Positions 54,076 to 63,158 of a DNA stretch of 64,000 nucleotides are shown here, one piece after another. This DNA comes from Escherichia phage ECML-1. Position 1 is the first letter of the stretch, and each line of letters starts with the position of its first letter. The position numbers and the translations under genes are program-made. The notes beneath the pieces were generated by a model, which saw nothing but the letters and a program-made list of their open reading frames with translations, ran no database searches and was not told where the DNA came from. The stretch is taken from the sequence record OL631478.1, one strand, 5' to 3'.

Positions 54076-55857
54076 ATGAGTAAGTCACTTTACGCAGTAC
54101 CAGCAGGTCTTAATGCAGATGCTTACAAGGCATCACATATATATCAGTATCCAGATGCTACGCAATATCTTATGTTGAACCTGACACCACGTAGTGACAA
54201 ATGGTTTAACAGTCCATTAGCAATTGATGGTGTAGTCGCTTTTGGTATTCAACGTTTTGTTAAAGATTACTTGATAGACCACTGGAATGCCACCTTCTTT
54301 GAACGTGACAAAAAAGAAGCAATTGACGAAATCTTAGAAGTCATGAACGGTGTTCTGGGCAAAGATGCTATTGGTCGAGAGCATTGGGAAGCACTTCACG
54401 ACTTAGGTTATCTGCCAGTCGAAGTATACGCTGTAGAAGAAGGCACAGTTGTTCCTATGCGTGTCCCAATGATTGTCTTCCAGAACACTGTTTCAGGTTT
54501 CCATTGGGTAGCAGGTTATCTGGAAGATGCTTTCTCTGCTGAGATTTGGAAGGCTTGCACTATTGCAACTATTGCATTGCATTACAAACGCATCTGTAAG
54601 AAGTGGGCTGACCTTACTTGTGACAACGACTTGCATCTGCCCTATCAGTGTCATGACTTTGCTATGCGTGGTATGTCAGGCTTTACTGATGACGCATTTA
54701 ATGCTGTAGGTCACTTAACCAGCTTTAAAGGGACTGATAGCTTCCCTGCTGTATACACGGCTAAACGAATCTATGGACAGTCCTACCCAATCTCTGATAT
54801 TGGTAGTTCTGTACCAGCCACTGAGCACTCTGTAATGTGTGCAAACATTGCTTGGGAAGGTGGTAATGAGTTGATTGAAGAAGAAAGACGCTTTAAAGGT
54901 GAGTTACAAACCTTCCGTCGTTTCTTAACAGAAACTTACCCAACAGGTATTGCAAGCATTGTTTCAGATACTTATAACTTCTGGAGAACTGTGTCAGAAA
55001 TCTTACCAGCACTTCGTAAAGAAATTATGGAACGTGATGGCAAACTGGTAATTCGCCCTGACTCTGGAGACCCTGTACATATTGTCACAGGTTATAAAGC
55101 AATCCACTTAGAATGTGCTAAGAAGGCTTATTACGAGCACCTAAGCAAGCTGGAAGCCAGTGACACAATGTTGAATGCTGTTCTGAACATGAAGCTTGAG
55201 AACATCAACTATGGTATTGCTGGATGGCTACTGTCAGAAGGCTACGAGATGGTTGTTGACAGAGAAGACTTTGAAGTTGCTGATACAGTGATGTTGAAAA
55301 ATGCTTATATGGTTGGTTCTGCAAACGTTGTAACACGTCCTGTAGCTGAGATTGATGGAGCTATTAAGACACTGTACAACATCTTTGGGGGAACTATTAA
55401 CTCTAAAGGCTTTAAAGTACTGGATGAGCATATTGGACTTATTTATGGCGACTCTATCACGTTGGAACGTGCAAATGAAATACTGAAGCGTTTGTATGAA
55501 ATGGGTTTTGCAAGCTCTAACGTAGTGTTTGGTGTAGGTTCTTACACTTACCAGTACATGACTCGTGACACCTTTGCATTTGCTGTCAAAGCAACCCTTG
55601 CAAGCATTGGTGGTAAAGAGATTATGCTTGCAAAAGACCCTAAAACAGATAGTGGTGTTAAGAAGTCTGCTTTTGGTGGTGTAGCACCTATGTGGGATGG
55701 TGAAAATCTGAAAGCTGTAGATGGCTATGGGTTCCAGAGCTTTGCAGATGCACTTGAACATCCAGCTTGTGCTTTACGTCTAGTCTTTAGCGACTCTGAG
55801 CAGTTCGGCTACACAACTCTTGGTGATATTCGAAATAATATTGACAAGCAGCTTTAA
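54076..55857 (+). CDS. nadV: Nicotinamide phosphoribosyltransferase (NAMPT/NadV)-like protein
   Basis: VIRPDSGDP and IYGDSITLERA motifs typical of NAMPT/NAPRTase family; 593 aa (longer than typical ~480 aa). Confidence 0.75.
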   Translation: MSKSLYAVPAGLNADAYKASHIYQYPDATQYLMLNLTPRSDKWFNSPLAIDGVVAFGIQRFVKDYLIDHWNATFFERDKKEAIDEILEVMNGVLGKDAIGREHWEALHDLGYLPVEVYAVEEGTVVPMRVPMIVFQNTVSGFHWVAGYLEDAFSAEIWKACTIATIALHYKRICKKWADLTCDNDLHLPYQCHDFAMRGMSGFTDDAFNAVGHLTSFKGTDSFPAVYTAKRIYGQSYPISDIGSSVPATEHSVMCANIAWEGGNELIEEERRFKGELQTFRRFLTETYPTGIASIVSDTYNFWRTVSEILPALRKEIMERDGKLVIRPDSGDPVHIVTGYKAIHLECAKKAYYEHLSKLEASDTMLNAVLNMKLENINYGIAGWLLSEGYEMVVDREDFEVADTVMLKNAYMVGSANVVTRPVAEIDGAIKTLYNIFGGTINSKGFKVLDEHIGLIYGDSITLERANEILKRLYEMGFASSNVVFGVGSYTYQYMTRDTFAFAVKATLASIGGKEIMLAKDPKTDSGVKKSAFGGVAPMWDGENLKAVDGYGFQSFADALEHPACALRLVFSDSEQFGYTTLGDIRNNIDKQL

Positions 55858-55871
55858 AAGTATATGATAAG

Positions 55872-55893
55872 AGGCTCCTACGGGAGCCTTTTT
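55872..55893 (+). terminator. Rho-independent terminator
   Basis: AGGCTCC-TACG-GGAGCCT hairpin followed by TTTTT. Confidence 0.6.
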
Positions 55894-55910
55894 AATTTCT
55901 GGAGAAGATT

Positions 55911-56246
55911 ATGAAAATCAAAGAGATGAACATCAACATCGTCTTAGAGGAACGTTGGGAGAACATCAAGAAACCTGAAAATGGTCATAAGTTCCTTAAC
56001 AAAATTTTAGTAGCAGCTAAAGAAGAACTGACTGGTAAGATTGCAGCAGCAATCACAATAAAGGTCTGTGTAAAAGGTCTTCCAGACAATCACCAATTTG
56101 CACTTGACGAGTTTAAAGAAAGCTTCTACAATCCAAATAAACAGATGCTTGAAAGTAACTTTGCAGTATCTACAAGTATCGTCCATGACAGAAGCTTTAT
56201 CCTTTACAAGAATATGAGAGGTGAGTCATGCAAGCATATTGGATAG
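55911..56246 (+). CDS. Hypothetical protein
   Basis: 111 aa ORF. Confidence 0.4.
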   Translation: MKIKEMNINIVLEERWENIKKPENGHKFLNKILVAAKEELTGKIAAAITIKVCVKGLPDNHQFALDEFKESFYNPNKQMLESNFAVSTSIVHDRSFILYKNMRGESCKHIG

Positions 56247-56404
56247 AAATTTTACTGTCACTTGGTGGCGTAGCAGTGTTTGTTTACCTTCTTTGTAAGT
56301 ACTATGCAGAGCACAAAAAATGTGACTACTGTAATGGGGAAGGTTATACAAGAGCAGGTTGTTGCCCTATGTGTGGTGGTTCTGGTAAAATGTTTAACAA
56401 GTAA
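56228..56404 (+). CDS. Small membrane-anchored zinc-ribbon protein (58 aa)
   Basis: N-terminal hydrophobic helix then CDYC...CPMC; below ORF-track cutoff. Confidence 0.3.
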   Translation: MQAYWIEILLSLGGVAVFVYLLCKYYAEHKKCDYCNGEGYTRAGCCPMCGGSGKMFNK

Positions 56405-56432
56405 TTTAACAGTAAACTAAGAGGAAAGTATT

Positions 56433-58799
56433 ATGCGCATGGTAAACGACCACGCAGAAGTGATTAAGAGTTCAACTTCTTTAGAGACGTCTCAAGCACA
56501 GATTACAATGACACCTGAGATGTTCAGCCTTTTGAGTTCTGGTGTATATACCTTTAAAGAAAGGGCAGTGATTCGTGAACTGTCATGTAACGCAGTAGAT
56601 GCTCAGAAAGAAGCTGGAAAAGAGAACATCCCATTCCATGTGCATTTACCTACTCGTTTTGAGCCTTACTTCGAAGTTCGTGATTTTGGAACTGGATTGA
56701 CTCATGATAAAGTTATGAGTTTGTACCTAAACTATGGAGCTTCTACGAAGAATGACTCTAATGACTACATTGGTGCAATGGGTATCGGCTCAAAGTCACC
56801 ATTTGCAATTGCTCAGTCATTCACAGTATCTAGCTATGTTGATGGTGTTGTTAATAAGTACTCTGTTTATCTTGAGAATGGTATCCCTCAAGTAACTAAG
56901 CTGACAACTAACCCAACAAAAGAACCTAATGGTTTAGCTGTACGTGTGGCGGTTGCTGACCACCGTATCTCAAAGTTCTTTGAAGAAGCTGGGAATGTGT
57001 ACTCATACTTCACTGTAAAACCAGAAAGTAATATTGAGTACGACGATGTATTAGCAGATATGAACGTCATTGCCCGTGAAGAAGGTGTTTATGATGCCAT
57101 GATTCATAAGCACAGCTGGCGTTCTAGTGATAACAGGACAGAGTTTAATGTGGTGATGGGTAACATTGCCTACCCTGTTAACATGGAAGCATTACTTGGT
57201 GATGATTTCTTCAAAGTATTGCCAGAATTTTTCCGTAGGAGCGTAGACCTTGTAAACATCTACATGCCTATTGGTTCAGTCGCTATTGCAGCTTCTCGTG
57301 AAGCATTGCAGATGAATGACACGACAAAAAATGTTATCATTGAGGCTACTAAAAAGATAACTGAAGCAATTACAAAGGATGTTATCAAGAAAGTTAACAG
57401 TCAACCTACACTCATGGATGCTGCACAGGCTTATGCTGAGTTACGTTTGAACTCACGAGAGATGTTTAATGCTGTGTGTCCAAAGTTAGAGTGGGGAGGC
57501 GTTAAGCTTGATTCTCTGGAAGAAGAATTACTAAACATTCGTCGTGGAATTATCTACGCAGAAGACGGCTCAGTCATTTATGAACGTGACGGTAAAGGTA
57601 ATATTAAGGTTGATAGGAACGGAAACAACATCCCTAAAGTAGATTATCTTTATGACCCAGTTGCTTATGTCAAGTTCAACTCTTTAGAGAGTAAGATTCG
57701 TGCAACAGCACTTTCCTACACTCAAGAGGCAAGTATGTTCAATATCTTTGGCGCAATGCGTAAAAGCCAAATTGAACAGTTTTTGTTTGTTATAAATGAC
57801 CGTCGCAATAAAAATGGTACTGAGAAGACTGTAGGACGCAACCAAATCTTGCGTGGTGCATGTCGAGACTATGCCAGTGAGTCAAGTCTGTTTCACAGAT
57901 ACAATGGTATTGTCTTTGTATTCTCGACTGAAAAAGAGTTAGATGACTTAATCAATCTGCACAAACTTGATAAAAGCTTGTTAAAGATTGTGAAAATGTC
58001 TGATAAGGAACACCATTACCAGCGTAAAGAAGCTGTAAGAGGTGTTGTAAAACTCTGGAAAGCTGTTCCAGCAGAAGGTGTAGCTTCCTATAAAGAGGTT
58101 TCAGAGGACTTTGATACAATTGAAGAGCCTCAGCTTTACATTAAGGCAGTTGGTGATACAGTTGATGGTAGATGTTTTTGCTCATCTCCAGAAGATGTAG
58201 CTAAGTCAGTTGCTAATGTTACAGGTAAGACAGTCTATGTTTTCCGAAAAGCAAATTGGAAAAAGATACCAGAAGATTGGATTGAAGTAGATGAGAAACT
58301 CTTGAACGACAGCTTAACTGATGTTCACTGGATTAACCATAACAGATATATGACGCGTATCTATATGAATGGTGTCCTTGACCTTACAAGCAGTTGGATT
58401 ATTGCCAGAAACTTTACGTTTAATAACAGGAAGATTTCTCGCGGGTATTGTTATTCAAGGGATACTATTAAGACAATCTTCTTAGAAGGGAATGAAGATG
58501 CTGTTGAGGCAATGTTTGGTAAGATTCAGTATGTGGCTGCACCGTTTGCATACACTTACACTATCAGTGTTCTTCAGGATTTGAAGTCATGCCTTGATAA
58601 TGACACAAAACTGTACAAAAAGATTAAGAAAGCAGGTGACCGCATGGTTATCAAGCTGACAAACTATCTTTCAAAAAGAAAACAAGAAAACTTCTTGCTT
58701 TCACACTTAGATTGGAATAAAGTATCACCTATCGAAGTGAGTAAGTTTTTAGGCTTTGATGTGAAGTGTGTTCCAGAAGGGACTACAATTTACGATTAA
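56433..58799 (+). CDS. rIIA: rIIA-like protein
   Basis: N-terminal region FSLLSSGVYTFKERAVIRELSCNAVDA resembles T4 rIIA N-terminus (from memory); 788 aa; followed by rIIB-like gene. Confidence 0.65.
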   Translation: MRMVNDHAEVIKSSTSLETSQAQITMTPEMFSLLSSGVYTFKERAVIRELSCNAVDAQKEAGKENIPFHVHLPTRFEPYFEVRDFGTGLTHDKVMSLYLNYGASTKNDSNDYIGAMGIGSKSPFAIAQSFTVSSYVDGVVNKYSVYLENGIPQVTKLTTNPTKEPNGLAVRVAVADHRISKFFEEAGNVYSYFTVKPESNIEYDDVLADMNVIAREEGVYDAMIHKHSWRSSDNRTEFNVVMGNIAYPVNMEALLGDDFFKVLPEFFRRSVDLVNIYMPIGSVAIAASREALQMNDTTKNVIIEATKKITEAITKDVIKKVNSQPTLMDAAQAYAELRLNSREMFNAVCPKLEWGGVKLDSLEEELLNIRRGIIYAEDGSVIYERDGKGNIKVDRNGNNIPKVDYLYDPVAYVKFNSLESKIRATALSYTQEASMFNIFGAMRKSQIEQFLFVINDRRNKNGTEKTVGRNQILRGACRDYASESSLFHRYNGIVFVFSTEKELDDLINLHKLDKSLLKIVKMSDKEHHYQRKEAVRGVVKLWKAVPAEGVASYKEVSEDFDTIEEPQLYIKAVGDTVDGRCFCSSPEDVAKSVANVTGKTVYVFRKANWKKIPEDWIEVDEKLLNDSLTDVHWINHNRYMTRIYMNGVLDLTSSWIIARNFTFNNRKISRGYCYSRDTIKTIFLEGNEDAVEAMFGKIQYVAAPFAYTYTISVLQDLKSCLDNDTKLYKKIKKAGDRMVIKLTNYLSKRKQENFLLSHLDWNKVSPIEVSKFLGFDVKCVPEGTTIYD

Positions 58800-58804
58800 A
58801 GTGT

Positions 58805-58834
58805 TTGACAAGGGGCTTCAAAGCCCCTTAGAAT
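58805..58834 (+). promoter_or_regulatory. Candidate sigma70-like promoter with hairpin-forming spacer upstream of rIIB-like gene
   Basis: TTGACA - 18 nt - TAGAAT; spacer contains GGGGC-TTCAAA-GCCCC stem-loop. Confidence 0.45.
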
Positions 58835-58878
58835 AGCCTCACAAATTGATTGATTAACTAACAAGAGAGAGTAATAAG

Positions 58879-59988
58879 ATGACTACTAAAACTAAAGCAC
58901 AGATTGACGCAGAAATTTACAAACTGGTTAAAGAAGGTAAGCTGACCAAAACAGCTATTGCACAGAAATTTAACACTTCAACCCGTTCAGTTGGTCGTGC
59001 TGTAGAGCGTCATGAAGCAACCTTAAAAGGGAAGAAGAAGGTGACTTCTACACCAGCTACGAAGACTTTGAAGCAAGTTGCTAAGACTTTTAAAAAGAAA
59101 GCTGGCAAACCAGTTGAAAAGGTCGTTAAAGACGCTGTACAGAAAGCTCCAGTAAATAAACTGCACGAAGCTATGCAGAAAGATGACAAGATTGAGTACA
59201 TGATTACTGGTGATTCTGTAATTATGACTTATGGTTCAGAATCTGAAATTGTTGAGTCTACTCATCCGAACTATCAAGAGATTGTAGTTCATGTTGTGAA
59301 AGGTGAGTTCAAGAAAGCATTTGAACTGATGAACATTCGTAAGTCTATCGAAAACTTCACTCAGGGTGCTATCACAATCAAAGGCGACAAGCTATTCTAC
59401 GGTGCTGTTGAGATGCGTTCTACTCTGGTTGACCGTATTCTTCACATGATGAAAACTGGCGATAAAGGTTTTGAACGACTTGTAATGTTCTTCGAAAAAC
59501 TGATGGAAAACCCATCTAAAGATTCTGTAGAACAACTTTGGGGATTTGTATCTCACCTTGATGTTGAAATTGATGAAGAAGGCTACATCATTGGTTGGAA
59601 GAAAGTCTCTACTCGTGAAGGCAAGCTGGTTGACTCTCACACCTACAAAGTGCCTAATGATTTGGGTAACATTGTAGAAATGCCACGTTGGATGGTTGAT
59701 AATAACCGTAACGTAACTTGCTCTCAAGGTCTTCATGTTGGTGCTTGGGATTATGTTCGTTGCTTCTCAGGTGATACAATCCTGAAGGTTCGCGTACATC
59801 CACGAGATGTTGTATCTGTTCCAACTGATTACAACGATATGAAGATGCGTTCCTCTCGTTATGAAGTTGCAGCAATCGTTGATAATCAACGTAAAGTGCT
59901 GGAAGCATGGGACGGTAAGACTGAAGCTTTGCATGTCATCGTTGGCACTGCTGGTGAACTCATCTCTCAACGTAAACGTGAAATCTAA
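58879..59988 (+). CDS. rIIB: rIIB-like protein
   Basis: 369 aa gene immediately downstream of rIIA-like gene; N-terminal HTH-like segment; assignment by synteny. Confidence 0.5.
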   Translation: MTTKTKAQIDAEIYKLVKEGKLTKTAIAQKFNTSTRSVGRAVERHEATLKGKKKVTSTPATKTLKQVAKTFKKKAGKPVEKVVKDAVQKAPVNKLHEAMQKDDKIEYMITGDSVIMTYGSESEIVESTHPNYQEIVVHVVKGEFKKAFELMNIRKSIENFTQGAITIKGDKLFYGAVEMRSTLVDRILHMMKTGDKGFERLVMFFEKLMENPSKDSVEQLWGFVSHLDVEIDEEGYIIGWKKVSTREGKLVDSHTYKVPNDLGNIVEMPRWMVDNNRNVTCSQGLHVGAWDYVRCFSGDTILKVRVHPRDVVSVPTDYNDMKMRSSRYEVAAIVDNQRKVLEAWDGKTEALHVIVGTAGELISQRKREI

Positions 59989-60004
59989 TAAGTAATTTCT
60001 TAAA

Positions 60005-60028
60005 AGGCTGCTTCGGCGGCCTTTTTTA
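60005..60028 (+). terminator. Rho-independent terminator
   Basis: AGGCTGC-TTCG-GCGGCCT hairpin followed by TTTTTT; consensus TATAAT -10 box 24 nt downstream at 60052-60057. Confidence 0.6.
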
Positions 60029-60088
60029 TTTGTATTTTGTGCAGAGTGCTGTATAATTGTTGTCACGATAAACTAAACAGGAGAACCA

Positions 60089-60637
60089 ATGAAGAAATTG
60101 ATTCTAGGTTTGTGCTTAATGTTTACAGCACACTTATCTTATGCAGTTGACTGCCCAGAGCTATCAATTAGCCAAAAAGTGAACATGTTAAAAGCTTACC
60201 AGTATGGTGAGAATAACATGGGGAAAGGTTGGGGTATCACTCTAGCAGCTATAGCCTTACAAGAGTCAGAGTTAGGTCTGAAGGTAGAAAATAAAAAGAC
60301 CCATGACTATGGTATCTTCCAGAATCACTTGAAGACTGTTGTAAAGCGTAACAAAATTAGTCCTAATGTTGCTAAAAAGAAACTCTTAAAAGATTTTGAC
60401 TATGCCGCAAAAGAAACACATAAAGAGCTTGAGTTTTGGACGAAGGTACATGGTCACCCAAAGTCAAAGAAGACTTTACAAAAAGTTTTAGCATCATATA
60501 ATGCTGGGTATTCGTACAGAATCCCTAAAGCTAAGAAATACTCTCAAGATGTCTATAACAATATGAAAGTTATCGCTCAATGTGAATTTGCAACAAACAT
60601 TTCTAAGGTAAATCATGAAAAAATTAAGAAAGTCTGA
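60089..60637 (+). CDS. Secreted lytic transglycosylase (SLT-domain)-like protein
   Basis: Signal peptide MKKLILGLCLMFTAHLSYA; AIALQESELG...YGIFQ resembles SLT catalytic ES...GxxQ motif. Confidence 0.5.
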   Translation: MKKLILGLCLMFTAHLSYAVDCPELSISQKVNMLKAYQYGENNMGKGWGITLAAIALQESELGLKVENKKTHDYGIFQNHLKTVVKRNKISPNVAKKKLLKDFDYAAKETHKELEFWTKVHGHPKSKKTLQKVLASYNAGYSYRIPKAKKYSQDVYNNMKVIAQCEFATNISKVNHEKIKKV

Positions 60638-61310
60638 TGAAGTCCTGTGCCACGCTTATGACTTGCATCCTCATGAGTTAGGTCTTGATTCCTGTGTATG
60701 GACTCCAGAACAGTGCAGAGATTTTGAAGACACTGCAAGAGAGGTTGTATGTTCACTTGAAGAGTTCCACACATCAGAACCCATTGTGAACGTTGTGGAC
60801 AAAGAGACTGGACAAACTATAGGTGTAAGGCGTGATAGTTTAGTGATAGTCAATAAAGACCTTGTAGAAAAAGGTAACCTCATCTTAGCAGATATTGATG
60901 GTGTTCTTACAAATTTTAATCACGAAGATTGCTCAACGGAATTGACTGATGGGTCATTCTCACAGTACACTAATCTTCTTGATTCTGTAAGAGCAAAACC
61001 AACATATGTTTTCAACATTATTGATGCAATTGCAAATCATGCAGCAGTTGGACTCTTGACAGCAAGAGGTGAATCTCAGAGAATACCTACTGAGATGTTT
61101 TTAAGGCACAATATAGAGCATGATTACTTGCTTTTTATGCGTGGTTTTGGAACTAACTCTATAAGTGCAGAAAGTTTGAAAGTGAGGATGATTCAGTCTT
61201 GCATTCTTCCTTACTTTAATATAGTATGCTTTATAGAAGATACAGAGAAGAATGTTCAGAAGGTAAACAGAATCCTTCCACACATTAAAACTATGTTAGT
61301 TAAACATTGA
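60615..61310 (+). CDS. Hypothetical protein
   Basis: 231 aa ORF. Confidence 0.45.
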   Translation: MKKLRKSDEVLCHAYDLHPHELGLDSCVWTPEQCRDFEDTAREVVCSLEEFHTSEPIVNVVDKETGQTIGVRRDSLVIVNKDLVEKGNLILADIDGVLTNFNHEDCSTELTDGSFSQYTNLLDSVRAKPTYVFNIIDAIANHAAVGLLTARGESQRIPTEMFLRHNIEHDYLLFMRGFGTNSISAESLKVRMIQSCILPYFNIVCFIEDTEKNVQKVNRILPHIKTMLVKH

Positions 61311-61786
61311 GAGAAGAACTTATGAACAATATCATTACGGTAGCACTGGACGATACGGCAAACAAATCTGAAGTAGTTCGTAAAATGATTCAAGGTAACT
61401 TTGAAGGTAAAATTTTCCGTGCTGTTAATGTAAAAGCTGATGGTAGCATTCGCGAATATCGTGCATTGTTGAACGTTAAGAAGCACGTAAAAGGTGTTGG
61501 TTCAACGACTGCACACAAAGAAAACCTGATGACTATCTATGATATGGGTAAGGCTTCAGAGTTAGGTGCTGAAGGTATCGTTAAAGAAGGTGCTCCGTAT
61601 CGCTCTTTCAATCTGGAAACTACTCTTATGCTTTCCTTTACAAGTGGTTCCAAAACAATCACTTATCTCTTTACTGATGCTGCAACGGTATCTGCTATTA
61701 AGGATAGCACTGTCAAAGCTGGCGTAGTTGCTGCTGCAAAAGCTTCTTCGATGGCTGCGAATATCCTTGCTAAAGTCCTCGGTTAA
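61307..61786 (+). CDS. Hypothetical protein (likely start ATG 61322)
   Basis: ORF followed by strong terminator. Confidence 0.45.
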   Translation: MREELMNNIITVALDDTANKSEVVRKMIQGNFEGKIFRAVNVKADGSIREYRALLNVKKHVKGVGSTTAHKENLMTIYDMGKASELGAEGIVKEGAPYRSFNLETTLMLSFTSGSKTITYLFTDAATVSAIKDSTVKAGVVAAAKASSMAANILAKVLG

Positions 61787-61797
61787 GGTTAAGATAC

Positions 61798-61819
61798 AGG
61801 CTCCTTCGGGAGCCTTTTT
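61798..61819 (+). terminator. Rho-independent terminator
   Basis: AGGCTCC-TTCG-GGAGCCT hairpin followed by TTTTT. Confidence 0.65.
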
Positions 61820-61838
61820 CATTTTAGGAGATTGTTAA

Positions 61839-62186
61839 ATGACATTTAAAGAGTTCTGTCAAGCTACTTTCATAATTGTTTTCTTAGTTGGGGCAGGTGT
61901 CTGGGGAGGATACTCTTACAGAGACTACCAAGTTGCTGAAACTGAGCTAAATAATGAGAAGCTGATAAGTGTTGCTAAAGATGCTTATCAGGAAGGTTTA
62001 GCCACACTCAGCACCAATTACAAAAATGATTTGAAAGACGTGCTTGCTAAGAATAAGCATACAAAAGAGGTACTAACGTATGAAAAGACTAAGCCAGAGT
62101 TTTATAATGTTTGTGTTACTGATAATTATGTCAGGGTGTTCAACGAACAAAGTGAACAGTACATTCAAAAACTCCCAAGTAAGTGA
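61839..62186 (+). CDS. Membrane-anchored protein, candidate i-spanin
   Basis: N-terminal TM FIIVFLVGAGVWGGY then coiled-coil-like region; 3' end overlaps a lipoprotein ORF in another frame. Confidence 0.4.
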   Translation: MTFKEFCQATFIIVFLVGAGVWGGYSYRDYQVAETELNNEKLISVAKDAYQEGLATLSTNYKNDLKDVLAKNKHTKEVLTYEKTKPEFYNVCVTDNYVRVFNEQSEQYIQKLPSK

Positions 62187-62349
62187 GAGTGACAAGTACA
62201 CTCAAGAAGAATCAAGATTCACTGTCAAAGGTAATACTGGTAGTGATGTGGCAGCAGCCCTTGAGTTTTATCGTGATGGTTTTTACCAGTGCACAATCAA
62301 AGCTAATAACCTTATTGATATGATTTTATTAGGAAACAAACAGCAATGA
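62080..62349 (+). CDS. Lipoprotein, candidate o-spanin
   Basis: AAAGAGGT RBS 8 nt upstream of ATG; signal peptide with lipobox IIMSGC; starts inside upstream gene in +1 frame. Confidence 0.45.
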   Translation: MKRLSQSFIMFVLLIIMSGCSTNKVNSTFKNSQVSESDKYTQEESRFTVKGNTGSDVAAALEFYRDGFYQCTIKANNLIDMILLGNKQQ

Positions 62350-62615
62350 CAGAGAATGAAGACACTTTCTATGTAGAAGGGTACTTACTGCTACCACGAC
62401 CAAAAGAAACTTATATGCGGGTTGATTTCTCACCAACCATTATGGATAACGTGATGTGTCATATCTTTATGCAAGGTGTCACAGCACAGCTTAAGCATGT
62501 TGGTAAAGAGTGCAAAATAAAGGTTGACACTCATCCAGAAATCAAAGAGAATCACTACACATGGTTCTTACCAGACTCTAAAGAAATCTTAGCAGTTCTC
62601 AAAACGAGGAAGTAA
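62346..62615 (+). CDS. Hypothetical protein
   Basis: 89 aa ORF, ATGA-coupled. Confidence 0.4.
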   Translation: MTENEDTFYVEGYLLLPRPKETYMRVDFSPTIMDNVMCHIFMQGVTAQLKHVGKECKIKVDTHPEIKENHYTWFLPDSKEILAVLKTRK

Positions 62616-62617
62616 CT

Positions 62618-62941
62618 ATGCAGATTAATGGAAGAGACTTTGTAGCCGTTTACTACGAGAAAGATAAAGAAGTTGGCGTAGCACAAGTATCTTATGGCAA
62701 TGGTAAGTGGTTGTATGGGACAATCGCAGTAGTTGGAACAAGAAGTGATACAAAAACTTTTAAAGATTGTGTTGACCTTCTTGAAGAATCCATCCAGAAT
62801 CATTGGTGTCTGATATGGATGACTGACAACGAAGTGATAGAACGTTTCAAAAAGATTGATATCAACATTGACAGTATTGAGCATGTTGATTTATATGAGC
62901 TAACTGAGAAGGTAAACTATGAAAGCTCTAGAGGTAATTGA
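62618..62941 (+). CDS. Hypothetical protein
   Basis: 107 aa ORF. Confidence 0.4.
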   Translation: MQINGRDFVAVYYEKDKEVGVAQVSYGNGKWLYGTIAVVGTRSDTKTFKDCVDLLEESIQNHWCLIWMTDNEVIERFKKIDINIDSIEHVDLYELTEKVNYESSRGN

Positions 62942-63146
62942 TAAAGACACTGGAGAAGTTACATCAGCATGTGTTTTCGTTAGTGACGACACAGTGATAC
63001 CGTTTTACAATCTCGATAACTTTAGTTTCACAGGGATAACTCCAGAAGAATACTTTGAAGACCTCACCTTTGCCAGAATTTCTATAGATACATTTTATAA
63101 ATGCTTCTATGATGAAGGCAAAGAATTACGAGAAACTGAACTATAA
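62919..63146 (+). CDS. Hypothetical protein
   Basis: 75 aa ORF. Confidence 0.35.
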   Translation: MKALEVIDKDTGEVTSACVFVSDDTVIPFYNLDNFSFTGITPEEYFEDLTFARISIDTFYKCFYDEGKELRETEL

Positions 63147-63158
63147 GGTGTATATTAT

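Noticed and set aside
55234-55761. 175-aa minus-strand ORF inside the NAMPT-like gene
   Set aside because: Antisense shadow ORF; Cys-rich low-complexity translation.
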